Positions 27,864-36,391 are shown, counted from the stretch's first letter. The stretch is DNA of 37,703 nt from Dehalococcoidia bacterium (GCA_030740155.1 JASLXV010000089.1:1-37703), one strand, 5' to 3'. Made by a program: numbers and translations. Notes: generated by a model not told the origin, from the sequence alone.

Positions 27864-29252
27864 CTATCGACCCAGCGCCCCGCGCACCGCCCTCAGCAGA
27901 GGTTCATCCTCCTCGGGGAGCACCGTCCGAGGGTCGAGAAGCACCCTATTTTCCTCGATGCGGGCCACCACTGGCGGGTCGGCCCGGCGCAGTCTTCCCA
28001 TCACTTCCTCGGGCCCGCCGGGGACATCCTCGCAGGATACCGTCAGCACCCACGAAGGCAGGGTCTCACCGGGCAAGCTGCCTCCGCCGATTGCCGAGCG
28101 GGCCGGTTCCACACCGGCGCCCTTTCCCAGTTGCTTTTCCCAGAGGTTCGCCCGGTCCCGGACGGCCTCCTCAGGAGTGGCAATCATCCTCCAGATAGGT
28201 ATGTCCGTTAGGGCTTCCCCTTTCAAATAGTGGAGCAGGGTGGCGGTCAAGGCAGCCAGGCTGAACTTGTCGATTCGGATTGCCCGGGCCAGCGGGTGCC
28301 GGGCCAGCAACTCCACCTGATCCCGTCTTCCCACCACTATCCCGGACTGGGGGCCCCCCAACAGCTTGTCCCCGGAGAAAAGGACCAGGCCGACCCCGGC
28401 GGCAATACTCTCCTGGGGTGTCGGCTCATGGGCCAGGCCGTAGCGCTCCGTGGGCAGAAGACAGCCGCTGCCCACGTCGTGCAGGACGGGGACCCCGTAC
28501 CGCTGCCCCAGCTCCACCAACTCTTCGGGCTCCACTGTCTCCGTAAATCCTTCGACCCGGAAATTACTGGAGTGGACCTTGAGCAGGGCCGCGGTGTTAT
28601 CCGTGATGGCGTCCTCGTAGTCCCGGGCATAAGTCCGGTTGGTGGTGCCGACGTCCACGAGGGTGCCGCCACTTTGGCGCAGTACGTCCGGTATCCTGAA
28701 GCCGCCGCCGATTTCGACCGATTCGCCACGGGAGACTATTACCTCTTTTCCTTCTTTCCTTCCCTCTTTGTTTCCAGCGGCCAGGGCAGTCAGCCCCAGC
28801 AGCACTGCCGAGGCGTTGTTGTTAACCGCAAGCGCCGCCTCCGCGCCGGTCAACTGGCGAAGCAAGGACTGCAGGTGGGCCTGCCGGGAGCCGCGCCGTC
28901 CGCTTTCCAGGTCTAGCTCCAGGTTGGAGTATCCCCGGGCGGCCCGCAGCATTGCGTCGGTGGCAGCTTGGCTCAGGGGGGCACGCCCCAGGTTGGTGTG
29001 GATTACGACCCCGGTGGCGTTGATTACGTGGCGCGGCTCGGCTTGGGCCACCGATTCGATCTCGTGGCAGACCGCCTCGGCCAGTTCTGCCGGAGTTGGG
29101 GCTTCTCCTCCCTGGCGGATCCGCTGCCTGGCCTCGTCCAACTGCCGGCGAACCAGATCGACTACCCACTCCCGGTTGTAGGCCGTCGCCATGGCCAGCA
29201 CCGTGTCGATGCCCATGACCTTGTCCACGCTGGGCAGGTGGCGAAATTGCAT
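27864..29252 (-). CDS. selA: L-seryl-tRNA(Sec) selenium transferase (selenocysteine synthase)
   Basis: LPSVD, VINATGVVIHTNLGRAPL, YSNLELDL..G.RGSR, VNNNASA, SRGE.VEIGGGFRIPDV, VGTTNRT, KVHSSNF, FSGDKLLGGPQ (PLP Lys), GGGSLP, LDPRT. Confidence 0.97.
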   Translation of the reverse strand: MQFRHLPSVDKVMGIDTVLAMATAYNREWVVDLVRRQLDEARQRIRQGGEAPTPAELAEAVCHEIESVAQAEPRHVINATGVVIHTNLGRAPLSQAATDAMLRAARGYSNLELDLESGRRGSRQAHLQSLLRQLTGAEAALAVNNNASAVLLGLTALAAGNKEGRKEGKEVIVSRGESVEIGGGFRIPDVLRQSGGTLVDVGTTNRTYARDYEDAITDNTAALLKVHSSNFRVEGFTETVEPEELVELGQRYGVPVLHDVGSGCLLPTERYGLAHEPTPQESIAAGVGLVLFSGDKLLGGPQSGIVVGRRDQVELLARHPLARAIRIDKFSLAALTATLLHYLKGEALTDIPIWRMIATPEEAVRDRANLWEKQLGKGAGVEPARSAIGGGSLPGETLPSWVLTVSCEDVPGGPEEVMGRLRRADPPVVARIEENRVLLDPRTVLPEEDEPLLRAVRGALGR

Positions 29253-29523
29253 TTCCTTCTCACAATCTGAGCCTGAGATGGCCTTGAAACGGGCTATATT
29301 GTAACACGAACGCCCTTCACGAGAGCCTTTCGCCGAGGAGGTGGGACCCGACTTACCCGATCACGCCCTTCGAAAACCAGTTGACCACCCCGCGGAGGGA
29401 CGGTACTGAGATTCATCACTTCGTTCAGAACGCCAATTTTCGGCGATTCAGTTGGCTGTGTACCGGGCAGTTTAGGAAGTCTCGGCGCCTTCTCGGTTGC
29501 CAGTCGTTGCTAGAAGGCGGGGG

Positions 29524-29571
29524 AAATCCCCCTGTATCCCCCTTTTACGAAAGGGGGACTGAAGGGGATTT
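29524..29571. repeat. Nested palindromic element
   Basis: AAATCCCC ... TCCCCCTTT-TACG-AAAGGGGGA ... GGGGATTT. Confidence 0.6.
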
Positions 29572-29599
29572 GATCGTTACAAGGTTGGCAATGGGGCGC

Positions 29600-29895
29600 T
29601 CAGCAATTCGAGTGGAACCTGTTCTTCCAGAGACCTAGATTATAGGCGATGACAATGAACCCGCCGAAGGCTACGAAAGGGAGTATCCATGCCGTCCCGG
29701 CGATGCCGGCCCAGTCTCCCAGGGCGACTTCTCCACCAATGGGGCCAATCCCAAACCATGCAGGACCGGGGTTGAAATCTTCGTGGCCAAGGGCCGGCCG
29801 TTCAGCTCATCCAAGGCACGGGCGCCGATGCTGACCGCGAGGAAGAACGCCAGCAGCGTCACCAACAGCTGGTCCAGATAAACCGTTCCGGGCGT
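29600..29895 (-). pseudogene. Frameshifted, truncated remnant of a membrane protein gene (UbiA-like fold suspected)
   Basis: Frame A: VYLDQLLVTLLAFFLAVSIGARALDELNGRPLATKI; after a frameshift, frame B: GIAGTAWILPFVAFGGFIVIAYNLGLWKNRFHSNC*. Both pieces are hydrophobic and protein-like, with no proper start. Confidence 0.6.
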
Positions 29896-29929
29896 TCACA
29901 TTACTGCAATCGTCTATCGATGGAACATT

Positions 29930-30667
29930 TCAAACTTTGCGCTGGGTCCCCTCAGCGCTCTTGGTGCCCCACATGACCACACCTCCGCCCAGGGACAAGC
30001 GCTTGATCCGGAGGTCTGATATGTCCAGATCCCACCACATCTGCAGGAGGTGTTCCAGGGGGTAAGACCGGCAAAATGCCTCAATGTTGGGGCCAAGGAA
30101 CGTTCCCAGATCCCGCCATCCCGGGGACAGGAACCTGGTCGCCATGGGAAGTGCCGCCTTGGCATAGGCATGCCAGAGGCCCCGCGCCAATACGTTGGTG
30201 GGCATACCGAACTCCAGGGAAATCAGGCATCCGCCGGGTTTGAGGACCCTGACTATCTCTTCAAGGGTGGCAGCCGGGTCGTCCACATAGCGCAGCAAAT
30301 AGGTGAAGCACACCGCGTCGAAACACCCGTCGGTAAAGGCCAGGTTCTCCGCCCGGCCCATGAGCAGAGACACTCTTCCGTCGAGCCGCCGGCTGGAGAT
30401 TCTTCGCCGGGCTCCCTGGAGCATCTCGGCGCTCAGGTCCACACCCACGACCTTCACGTCAAGGGTCCTTGCCATCCGGTCCGCCACCGTGGCGGTCCCG
30501 GTGCAGAGGTCCAGTACCGTGTCACCGGAGCGAACGCTCAAACGGGAGACCAGGAATCGCCGCCACCGGCCGAACTGAAAGAAGGACAACAACTCGGAGA
30601 GCAGGTCGTACCGCTGGGCGATCCCGTCGAAAAAGCGGCGGGCGCGCCGATTCCTGTCTAGGTCCAT
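29930..30667 (-). CDS. Class I SAM-dependent methyltransferase, UbiE/MenG-like
   Basis: FFDGIAQRYD, WRR, VLDLCTGT, GVDLSAEML, AENLAF.D..FD, RVLKPGG, LEFG. ATG at 30667; the longer upstream ORF extension overlaps a + strand gene. Confidence 0.85.
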   Translation of the reverse strand: MDLDRNRRARRFFDGIAQRYDLLSELLSFFQFGRWRRFLVSRLSVRSGDTVLDLCTGTATVADRMARTLDVKVVGVDLSAEMLQGARRRISSRRLDGRVSLLMGRAENLAFTDGCFDAVCFTYLLRYVDDPAATLEEIVRVLKPGGCLISLEFGMPTNVLARGLWHAYAKAALPMATRFLSPGWRDLGTFLGPNIEAFCRSYPLEHLLQMWWDLDISDLRIKRLSLGGGVVMWGTKSAEGTQRKV

Positions 30668-30926
30668 CGGGGCGGGTCCAATGCGCGCCTCATACCGGCC
30701 GAGGTCGCTCCAAGGAGTTGGCGGTTGCAGTATAGCAGACCTGTCGGCGTTTGAGCGGTCGGATAAGCAGATGTCGGGGCTGAACTGGCCAAAGTAGGCG
30801 TGTATTCGGCTTCCGGGTCCAGATAATGTCGAAAACGGGCCGACTGGCAATCCATCGGCGAAAGCTATAGAATAAGCTGGTGTCGATCCGCGCAATATCT
30901 CGCTTTTCACGGAGGGCCCAGCGGCT

Positions 30927-31136
30927 ATGAAACCCAAGCTGATGGCCATCCTGGTCATCGGGGTCCTGGCGGTGTCAATGATCCTAACCTTAGCCGGCGC
31001 CGTTAACCAGGCGGTGAACGGCGAGGCCCTTGGCGAGGGCGGTTCCGCCGCTTCGCTGGCCGAAGACGGAGCCGGCGAAGGGCAGGACGACACCTCTCTG
31101 GTCAGTACCCTTAAGTTCGTTTGCCCCTTCCACTAG
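30927..31136 (+). CDS. Small membrane-anchored or secreted protein ending in CPFH
   Basis: RBS GGAGG, basic N-terminus plus hydrophobic helix, acidic Gly/Ala linker, C-terminal LKFVCPFH. Confidence 0.6.
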   Translation: MKPKLMAILVIGVLAVSMILTLAGAVNQAVNGEALGEGGSAASLAEDGAGEGQDDTSLVSTLKFVCPFH

Positions 31137-31264
31137 GCCGGCATGGCGCTCCGCCATTGCGGGCCGAACCCGTTTGCATCCGCCGTCTAATCAGATTGCC
31201 AGGTTTTCTTGGAAACACCCCCGATTTCGACTCGCCAGACCGGCTCGCCCAAAGATAGCCGGCG

Positions 31265-31900
31265 ATGGTGAGCACCTCAGAGACATTCCGCTGCACCACT
31301 CATACCCCACTGCCGTTGCGGGACCGTACCGGCCGCCCCAGCTGTTTCAACTGCATCATCGAGACCTTTCAGGTCCAGGCCTATAACCTGGCTCGCCGCA
31401 TGCTGGACGATTGGGCGTTGGCCGAGGATGCGGTCCAGGAAAGCCTCGTCTCGGCGTACCGGGCATTTCACAACTACCGGGGTGACAACCTCAAGGCCTG
31501 GCTCATGCGGATTGTCGCCAACACCTGCCGGGACATGATGCGGGCCCGCCGGTCCCGGCCGACCTCACCCCTCGACCCTTTGCCCGTGGACGCGGAGGAC
31601 GCCGATCGAACTCCCAGCGCCACGGACCTGCCCTCAGGCGAGGAATCCCCGGAGGCACACGCCGAGCGCGGGGAGCTGAACCGGGCCATTCAGCGCGGCC
31701 TGAACTCGCTTCAAGAAGAGCAACGACTGGCGGTGGTACTGGTGGATATTCAGGGCTTGAGCTACGAAGAGGTGGCTTTGACCATGAACTGCTCCCTGGG
31801 GACGGTAAAATCACGCGTCAGCCGGGGGCGGCGAGGACTCCGGGATTTCCTGCAAGGAATCGGGGAACTCTTGCCCTCCCGTTTCCGTCATAGTGAGTAA
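31265..31900 (+). CDS. ECF sigma factor
   Basis: Region 2: AYNLARRML...AEDAVQE..AYRAF..YRG..KAWLMRIVANTCRD; region 4: L.EEQR.AVVLVDIQGLSYEEVA...GTVKSRVSRGR. Confidence 0.92.
   Translation: MVSTSETFRCTTHTPLPLRDRTGRPSCFNCIIETFQVQAYNLARRMLDDWALAEDAVQESLVSAYRAFHNYRGDNLKAWLMRIVANTCRDMMRARRSRPTSPLDPLPVDAEDADRTPSATDLPSGEESPEAHAERGELNRAIQRGLNSLQEEQRLAVVLVDIQGLSYEEVALTMNCSLGTVKSRVSRGRRGLRDFLQGIGELLPSRFRHSE
31864..31892 (+). promoter_or_regulatory. ECF-type promoter motif inside the 3' end of the sigma gene
   Basis: GGAACT-N14-TCCGTCATA, 12 nt before the anti-sigma ATG; identical elements and spacing at 33078. Confidence 0.65.
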
Positions 31901-31904
31901 GGTT

Positions 31905-32873
31905 ATGTGGTCCATAAGACGAAACCACCAACACATCAAGCCTGAAACCCTGACCGAGTACCTGGACGGCCGGTTGGGAACAGGCGCTATGGCCCGTGCG
32001 GACCGGGAACTTGCGTCGTGCGAGGCTTGCCGGGATGAGTTGGATTCACTTCGGACCGCCGTGGTAATGCTGCGGCAACTCCCGATGGAAGCTCCCCGCC
32101 GCAGCTTTACCATGGTTGCACCGCCACCGGAACTGGTCCGGGCCCGGCTTTCGCCGCCAATGAGGTTGCCCCAGTGGGCTTTCGCCGGGGCTGCCTCGGT
32201 GGCGGCCATCGTGCTGGCGGTGCTGGTTTCCGCGGACGCCACCGGTATGCTGGCCCCCGGCGGGCAGTTGACCTCGCGAGAGGCGGACGGCCAGGCAATG
32301 GCGGTTCGTGTGCTGGAGAGTGCCGTCGCCAAGGACCAGTCCCTGGTCGCCGATGATGGAAATCCAATTCTAGAGTTGCCCGCCGCCGCACCGGCCGCAA
32401 CCGCAGCCCCCGCTGCTGAGCCGTCTCCGGCTCCCCTTGCCATGCAGTTGGATGCTCCGCCGGCCGCGAAACCCGAGACTGGAACAGCCTTCGCCGAACC
32501 CTCTCCGGCCCCACTTGCGCGGGCCGCCGCGGCGCCAGTGGCCGCCGGCGAACCGGTAGACACCGAGGTAGAGACTGAGTTGGTCGCAGAACCTCCCCCG
32601 AAAGCCGCCGCGGAAGCCCTGGAAAACGGAGGCCAGCCGACAATCGAATCATCAGCAGCTGCGTCGCCTCCGGAGACCGGGCCCGGGTCCCTTCAAGAGG
32701 GAATGAGGGTTCCCGCGGCGGGGCCGGAGTCCAGGGAGCTTACCGTGTCCGAGGAAGAGGGGACCGCCGCTTTCTGGCGGGTGCTTGAGGGCTTGGTGGC
32801 CGTTGCCGGTGCGCTGTTCTTGGCCGGCTTGGTGTGGAAGATGACACTCTCTCGCCGGGCGGACCGAAGCTGA
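31905..32873 (+). CDS. Transmembrane anti-sigma factor (zf-HC2/ZAS-like)
   Basis: H....L.EYLDG.L......ELASCEAC..EL, PRRSF, TM helix, Pro/Ala-rich region, second TM. Alternative GTG start at 31893. Confidence 0.8.
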   Translation: MWSIRRNHQHIKPETLTEYLDGRLGTGAMARADRELASCEACRDELDSLRTAVVMLRQLPMEAPRRSFTMVAPPPELVRARLSPPMRLPQWAFAGAASVAAIVLAVLVSADATGMLAPGGQLTSREADGQAMAVRVLESAVAKDQSLVADDGNPILELPAAAPAATAAPAAEPSPAPLAMQLDAPPAAKPETGTAFAEPSPAPLARAAAAPVAAGEPVDTEVETELVAEPPPKAAAEALENGGQPTIESSAAASPPETGPGSLQEGMRVPAAGPESRELTVSEEEGTAAFWRVLEGLVAVAGALFLAGLVWKMTLSRRADRS

Positions 32874-32907
32874 AGGCGGACCATAGCCATAACCGCTTCT
32901 TCAAGCG

Positions 32908-32938
32908 AAAGGCTGGCCAGACGCCGGCCTTTTTTCTT
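32908..32938 (+). terminator. Intrinsic terminator after the anti-sigma gene
   Basis: AAAGGCTGGC-CAGAC-GCCGGCCTTT followed by TTTCTT. Confidence 0.7.
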
Positions 32939-33077
32939 GGAAATGGGACTTGGGAGCCGAGCGCGACGATAACTCCGCAGACCACGGGAAGAGGGCCGGA
33001 CTAGTTTGCGAAAATGCCAAACCATCTCACTCACCAAAAAACAGGACCTGCCGGGGCCAAGGAGTTTTCAAAAGGCT

Positions 33078-33106
33078 GGAACTTTTCTTCAGGTCGTTCC
33101 GTCATA
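33078..33106 (+). promoter_or_regulatory. ECF-type promoter upstream of the SIMPL gene
   Basis: GGAACT-N14-TCCGTCATA (GGAACTT...CGTC), 86 nt upstream of the ATG. Confidence 0.68.
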
Positions 33107-33192
33107 TACCAAGAAAGGCCTGGCGCCGAGTCAAGCATCGGCGAAAGGGAACGTCCGGAGCAATATTCAGTAGATCATCAGGAGGAGGAAAA

Positions 33193-34212
33193 ATGTTCGG
33201 GGTAATCAAACGGGGAAGAGTTCATCTGGTGGCCTTGGGACTGGGAGTTGGGTTGCTCGCTCTCGTAGCCTGCGGCTCGGATGCGGAGACGCCAGCGGCC
33301 AACGCCGCGCCACCGGAGGCTCAGCAGCAACAGGCGGCGGATCTGGCGGGTCTCCTGAGTTCGCCGGTCGGCTCCGCCGCGTTCGAAGCGCTGGCCCGGA
33401 GCGCCGGCAGCACTCCGGCGGGCACCAACGCCGGCATCTGGGTTTCCGGCCAAGGAGAGGCCAGTGCCGCTCCGGACCTGGCAACCCTGAATCTGGACAT
33501 CGTCGCCTTCGCCGACACCGTGGCAGAGGCCCGGGCCAGCGCCGCTGAGGCGATGGGGCAAACGCTGGAGGCCCTGAAATCCCGAGGCATCGCCGACCGG
33601 GACATTCAGACCAGCCGTTTCAACATCAATGCCCAATACACCTCGCGTGAAGTCACCAGGTGCTTTGAAGAAGGGGAAAGATCGGGCGCCGAAGTAGAGC
33701 TGGACGTACTCCACGTGGGTGCGCCGGAGTCCCCCGAGCCCGTAATGCAACTCGAAGCGATTGGGAGGCCGAAGGGCAGCAGTGAGTGCGTGCTGGAGCG
33801 GGAGCAAGTGGTCCTGGGTTACCAGGTGACCAACCAGCTAACCGTCACAGTTCGAAGCCTGGACTCTTTGGGCGAAATCGTCGACGGGGCGATCGAGGCG
33901 GGCGGCGACCTGGCCCGGTTCCAGAACGTTAGCTTCAGCATTGAGGACACCACGGCATTGAAGGACGAGGCACGGGCCGAGGCTATCGAGAATCTCAGGG
34001 CCAAAGCCGAGCAGATGGCCTCCCTGGCGGGAGTTCAACTGGGTAGACTCAACTACATCACCGAGTCAGGCGGATTCGCGCCATCTCCCATGGTGGTAAT
34101 GGAGCGGGCAGCCTTCGCGGATATGGCGGCGCCAACACCCTTCATGTCCGGGGAGCTGGATGTAAGAGTGTCGGTCCAGGCGGCCTTCGAGATCATCGAG
34201 CCGGAGGTCTAG
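33193..34212 (+). CDS. SIMPL/DUF541 (BP26/YggE-like) lipoprotein
   Basis: RBS GGAGGAGG; lipobox LVAC; IWVSGQGEASAAPDLA, GIADRDIQTS.FNI, GYQVTNQL.V, A..KAEQMA.LAGV.LG, GE..V.VSV...F. Confidence 0.85.
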   Translation: MFGVIKRGRVHLVALGLGVGLLALVACGSDAETPAANAAPPEAQQQQAADLAGLLSSPVGSAAFEALARSAGSTPAGTNAGIWVSGQGEASAAPDLATLNLDIVAFADTVAEARASAAEAMGQTLEALKSRGIADRDIQTSRFNINAQYTSREVTRCFEEGERSGAEVELDVLHVGAPESPEPVMQLEAIGRPKGSSECVLEREQVVLGYQVTNQLTVTVRSLDSLGEIVDGAIEAGGDLARFQNVSFSIEDTTALKDEARAEAIENLRAKAEQMASLAGVQLGRLNYITESGGFAPSPMVVMERAAFADMAAPTPFMSGELDVRVSVQAAFEIIEPEV

Positions 34213-34302
34213 CCACCCCAGCGTGGAGGTTCGCTGAGCGAGCCAACCCCAGGTAGGAGCATGAAAATAGAGTTCCAGGGCACCCCCGCCGGGGAACAAG
34301 AG

Positions 34303-34350
34303 AAAGGCCGGCGCCGACCCGACAAAGCGGATCGGCGCCGGCCTTTATTC
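34303..34350. terminator. Long perfect hairpin, probable (bidirectional) terminator
   Basis: AAAGGCCGGCGCCGA / TCGGCGCCGGCCTTT 15-bp stem followed by ATTC. Confidence 0.65.
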
Positions 34351-34440
34351 GTCCCTCGACACAGCGGTCTCCGCGGGCCCGGCGGCAAATTCTTGGCGGG
34401 GCACTGGGGAACAATTGGGGTGGCTTCCGGATGCCTCCGC

Positions 34441-34469
34441 TTGCGGCTCGAGTGGCAGCTTGCTAGAAT
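34441..34469 (+). promoter_or_regulatory. Putative sigma70 promoter for the rib operon
   Basis: TTGCGG-N17-TAGAAT with extended -10 TG (TGCTAGAAT). Confidence 0.55.
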
Positions 34470-34520
34470 TTCCCTGTTGGCAAATGGCATCAGGCCGTGC
34501 CATCTTCTTACCGGGGAGAT

Positions 34521-34700
34521 ATGGTTCTAAGCGACCAGACTATCGAAGAGGAACTGGGCGTGGGATTGTTCGCGATTTCGCTACCGTGCCGTTGGATATC
34601 CAAACGGCCCGCCTCTTCCCCTGGGGCGTTGGGTATTGAGGCGTTCAGCTACTGGCGGACAGGCTCACAGCCAAGCGCCCGCGGGCCGTGGTGGGGTTGA
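34521..34700 (+). pseudogene. Decayed 5' remnant of a dCTP deaminase (dcd)-like gene
   Basis: RBS GGGAG then MVLSDQTIEEELGVG (dcd N-terminus M.LSD..I..EL..G), and DIQTA in a shifted frame (dcd IQPAS); the rest is missing. Confidence 0.55.
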
Positions 34701-34701
34701 C

Positions 34702-35799
34702 ATGACCCCGATGCAGAAGGCCATCGGCCTAGCACGGCAGGTTCTGGGCTCGACTAGCCCAAATCCCGCGGTTGGCGCCGTCATCATCAAGGACGGCCTG
34801 GAGATCGGCTGCGGGTCCACTCTGCCGCCGGGGCAGCGCCACGCGGAGATCGGCGCCCTCGAGCATGCCGGGGCCGCGTCGAGAGGCGCCACGCTCTACA
34901 CTTCCCTGGAGCCCTGCTGTAACTTCGGCCGCACGCCTCCGTGCACCCAAGCTATCATCGCCGCCGGGATCGTGCGGGTCTGCTTGGCTGCGCTGGACCC
35001 CAATCCCCGGGTCTCGGGCCGGGGATGCGCTGAACTCCGGTCGGCCGGGATTGAGGCGGTAATCGGCGAGGAGTCCGAGTCGGCCCAAGAGATTTATGAG
35101 GCTTTCACCAAGCACATCACAACCGGCATCCCCTTTGTCAGCGCCAAATTTGCTATGAGTCTGGACGGCAAGATCGCGACCCGCACCGGGGATTCCAGGT
35201 GGGTAACCGGCCCGGAATCCCGGGGTTTGGTCCAGCAAATGCGGCGGGAGATCGATGGTATCCTGGTGGGCGTTAACACCGTGCTGGCCGACGACCCTCA
35301 ATTGACGGCCCGCGACCCGGAAGGCAACCCCCTGCCGCGACAACCGCTGCGGGTGGTCGTCGACAGCCGATGCCGCACCCCCGGCGAATCCGGGTTGTTT
35401 GGGCAGCCGGGGCACACTCTCATCGCCTGCACTGAAAAAGCCTCTTCGGAAGACGTGGCCCGGCTGGAAAGGGCCGGGGCCGAAGTGCTTCAACTTCCCG
35501 CCGGCGAGGACGGCCGCGTGGACTTGGGAGAGCTGCTGGCAGAACTGGGCCGCCGCGACGTGGTAAGCTTGATGGTAGAAGGGGGCGGGATGGTCCTTGG
35601 CTCCCTGTTCGACGCCAGGCTGGTTGACAAGGTGTACGCTTTCATCGCGCCACTGATCATCGGGGGCTCACAGGCCTCATCCCCAGTAGAGGGCCGAGGA
35701 GTCGAGCAGTTGGCCGGCGCTTGGCGAATGGAAGGAGCCAGCGTCCGAACCGTCGGCCCGGACTGGCTGGTGGTAGGCTACCCGGAGAAGAAGAGTTAG
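34702..35799 (+). CDS. ribD: Riboflavin biosynthesis deaminase/reductase
   Basis: TSPNPAVGAV, HAE, LEPCC.FGRTPPC, DPNP, KFAMSLDGKIA, VGVNTVLADDPQLT, VEGG. Confidence 0.96.
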   Translation: MTPMQKAIGLARQVLGSTSPNPAVGAVIIKDGLEIGCGSTLPPGQRHAEIGALEHAGAASRGATLYTSLEPCCNFGRTPPCTQAIIAAGIVRVCLAALDPNPRVSGRGCAELRSAGIEAVIGEESESAQEIYEAFTKHITTGIPFVSAKFAMSLDGKIATRTGDSRWVTGPESRGLVQQMRREIDGILVGVNTVLADDPQLTARDPEGNPLPRQPLRVVVDSRCRTPGESGLFGQPGHTLIACTEKASSEDVARLERAGAEVLQLPAGEDGRVDLGELLAELGRRDVVSLMVEGGGMVLGSLFDARLVDKVYAFIAPLIIGGSQASSPVEGRGVEQLAGAWRMEGASVRTVGPDWLVVGYPEKKS

Positions 35800-35800
35800 G

Positions 35801-36391
35801 ATGTTCACGGGAATAGTTGAGGAAGTCGGAGCGGTGGCGAGCCTGGAGGGCTACTGCCTGCAAATCCGGGCCATCCTGATCATGGAAGGCATGAAGCTGG
35901 GCGATAGCATCGCCGTCAACGGGGCCTGCCTCACCGTTGTCGAGCACCGCGACGACGGGTTCAGCGTGGAACTCTCGCCCGAAACCCTGCGGCGGACATC
36001 TTTCGGAACCCTGAAAGCAGGTCACGCAGTCAACCTGGAACGGCCTCTGGCGGTAAGCGACCGCCTCGGCGGCCACATCGTTCAGGGCCATGTGGACGCC
36101 ACGGGGCGGATCACATCCAGCAAGCCGGAGGGAGAATGTGTCATCCTCCGGGTGTCCTGCCCGAAGACACTTATGCGATACATCGTGGAGAAAGGCTTTG
36201 TCGCGGTTGACGGCATAAGTCTTACCGTGGTAAAAAAAGGTACTTCATCGTTCACTCTGTCCCTCATCCCCTACACGCTGGAGAACACCAGCCTGCGAGA
36301 GAAAACTGGGGGCGGCCGCGTGAACCTGGAAGCCGATATTGTGGCCAAGTACATCGAAAGCCTCCTACCAGAGCAGCCGGCGAACCGATGA
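35801..36391 (+). CDS. ribE: Riboflavin synthase (alpha chain)
   Basis: MFTGIVEE, GDSIAVNGACLTV, ETLRRT, VNLER, GGHIVQGHVD, KG.VAVDGISLTV, IPYT. Confidence 0.96.
   Translation: MFTGIVEEVGAVASLEGYCLQIRAILIMEGMKLGDSIAVNGACLTVVEHRDDGFSVELSPETLRRTSFGTLKAGHAVNLERPLAVSDRLGGHIVQGHVDATGRITSSKPEGECVILRVSCPKTLMRYIVEKGFVAVDGISLTVVKKGTSSFTLSLIPYTLENTSLREKTGGGRVNLEADIVAKYIESLLPEQPANR

Noticed and set aside
29253..29520. Possible tRNA-Sec (selC) next to selA
   Set aside because: No cloverleaf, TCA anticodon arm or T-loop motif recognisable on either strand.
30668..31093. 142-aa N-terminal extension of the methyltransferase in the ORF track
   Set aside because: Low-complexity translation overlapping the + strand small gene; family similarity starts at the ATG at 30667.
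31166..31190. GAACC...CGTCTAA upstream of the ECF sigma as an autoregulatory promoter
   Set aside because: AAC-to-CGT spacing is 14 nt versus 17 nt in the two matched motifs, so it is not supported.
34213..34700. FMN riboswitch upstream of ribD
   Set aside because: Conserved RFN segments are not seen; the region is explained by a terminator hairpin, a promoter and a gene remnant.
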